A stretch of DNA of 64,000 nt from Ginglymostoma cirratum (Eukaryota): assembly GCA_024137785.1 (NCBI GenBank), contig JAHRHZ010000283.1, positions 16,097,451-16,161,450 of the forward strand, in the 5' to 3' direction. Positions 62,265-64,000 of the stretch are shown here, piece after piece. The translations under genes and the position numbers were made by a program. The notes beneath the pieces were generated by a model. It was not told where the DNA came from, did not search any database, and saw only the letters and a program-made list of their open reading frames with translations. Numbering within the stretch: position 1 is the stretch's first letter; the number at the start of each line of letters is the position of its first letter.

Positions 62265-64000
62265 ATGGCGACAGCTTTACCCCCAAGAGCTCCTGTTCAA
62301 ATTACTGGAGATATATGAGTCAGGACTGGTCACTCATCCATGAACAATGGCAGAGTTATGCAATTGTTATGGAGTTGTTGAGCAAACTAGAACAATTATT
62401 ACACTGTTGAGAAGAGAATCTTTGAAAATATATTCCAACTTAAATCTCCCTGAGCAGCAGAAACAGCACATGGCAAAAAAATTAAAAGCTTTGAAGCCAA
62501 GTTTGATCCCCAAATTGACGTTAGACATGCACAGTAAGTTTTCAACACCAGGCAAAGTAAGATAAAATCCATGAGTATTTATGTAACATCACAGATACAG
62601 CTTGTAGAAACATATGAATTTTTACAATTAAAAGATGAGCAATTAAAGACAGGATTATATTAGGAATAAGGGATCCAAAAGTGAAAGTACGTCTACTAAG
62701 AGAAGACAAAACTATACTCAGAAGAGCAATGGATCCGTGCAGAACTGCTGAGACTGCAGATCAACTTCTTGAGCAGATTCATGGTAGAAAAGACCAGGTC
62801 TTGTTTAAGCTGACAGATACACTAGACACAGAAAGAACAGCAATCACAGACGTAGGGCAGGATGCAAATACTGTCAAACACATCATAGGAAAAAGAAGGC
62901 AAGTCCAGAATGTTGAAACCAGTGTTCTCACTGCACAATTTTGCACATAAGTATATTGCAGAAAAGAAGCTGACTTTGCCAAGTGAACCTGAAGTAGGAC
63001 AAGAAAAGGTAATAATTATAGATTCCTGAATGCCTGATGTAATGTCCATAGGCCATGCATTGAAAGTAAAACATTTTGCTTAGATCCCAAAAAGGTGAGA
63101 ACTGTAGCATCAATGCAGTGGCCGACACAAGTAAAAGGAATGCAGTGATTTATTAGGTTCATTGACTGTTTGGCAACATTCTTGATCAATTGATCAGTGG
63201 GGTGTGAACGATTATGGCAATTCATGGGAGAGGATGTGCAGTGTTTTGGGGCATAGAACAAAAGCAGAAATAATTAAAATCAAGCAACTAGTGACAAAAA
63301 CATCATTGCTTGAAAACTGCAATGTAAATAATGAAATAGCAGCAAGGCATGACTTGGAACTACCCTAATGCAGCAAGGTCAATTGTTTGCATTTTCATCC
63401 AGGGCACCAACCCATACAGAAAGATATTATACCCAAATCCAGCAAGTGTACGTTCCCATTGTCTTTACTTATGAATATTTCAAACAATACTTACTTCAAA
63501 GAGATAAAATGATAGTCGAGTCTGACCACGAACCACTCCATTTTCCTCAAGCCATTACTATCTCCTCCGAAGTGTCTGCAATGAATGCGATTTTGGTTAC
63601 TGAGATATCATCTGGATGTGGCATAGCAAGCAGACATATATTGCAGACATGCTATTGAAAGCAGTCCTCCTGGTGAAGAAAAAGTAGAAGATGCTACGAC
63701 AGCACATGCAATCTCCCAGATTCTGGTCAAGCAGTGGAAGTCATCAAACCAAGCAAAAGACAACCAATGTAACAGACAAGCAACTTGCTCAAAACTACCC
63801 AACAAATGCAATTCACCCAGTGTGGCAGGAAGCCATGGTGAAAGAATGGCCAGAGAGTATCAAGGACATGCCTGTTGCTTTAGGAGCATACTGGACATCG
63901 AGAGACAAATTGACAGGCCAAGATGGCATATTGTACAAAAGGAAACAGAGTAATTATCCTGAAACAGTTGAGAGGAGAGAAAATAAAATTGTATCCAAGC
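62265..64000 (+). mobile_element. Decayed, internally deleted Ty3/Gypsy gag-pol running off the window end
   Basis: Gag KDRIILGIRDPKVKVRLLRED...AMDPCRTAE; RT thumb DPKKVRTVASMQWPT; RNase H QQGQLFAFSSRAPTHTERYYTQI...VESDHEPL; then AYWTSRDKLTGQDGILYK. Confidence 0.88.

Overview
Repeat-dense vertebrate DNA, almost certainly from a cartilaginous fish (shark), judged from recognised HE1-type V-SINEs, DeuSINE/SacSINE-like copies and shark-type CR1/L2 LINEs; no database search was possible. I could not identify an intact, nameable host gene, and most ORFs in the track are chance or repeat-derived. The window holds: (i) many CR1 and L2 LINE fragments, including a younger CR1 nested inside an older one (16.8-19.9 kb); (ii) at least five SINE families; (iii) about ten Penelope-derived inserts, several with 13-16 bp target-site duplications, two of which keep an intact minimal type-I hammerhead ribozyme core; (iv) two decayed Ty3/Gypsy elements; (v) a decayed Ty1/Copia element (gag-zinc knuckle-protease-integrase order, GalEa-like motifs) at 40.9-45.3 kb; (vi) a CR1-like LINE whose 5' end is shared with a tRNA-headed SINE; (vii) local inverted and direct duplications, a 37-bp minisatellite grown out of an L2 RT active-site segment, enhancer-like non-repetitive blocks and several low-confidence spliced-exon candidates. 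Repeat boundaries were read by eye and are approximate unless target-site duplications are given.
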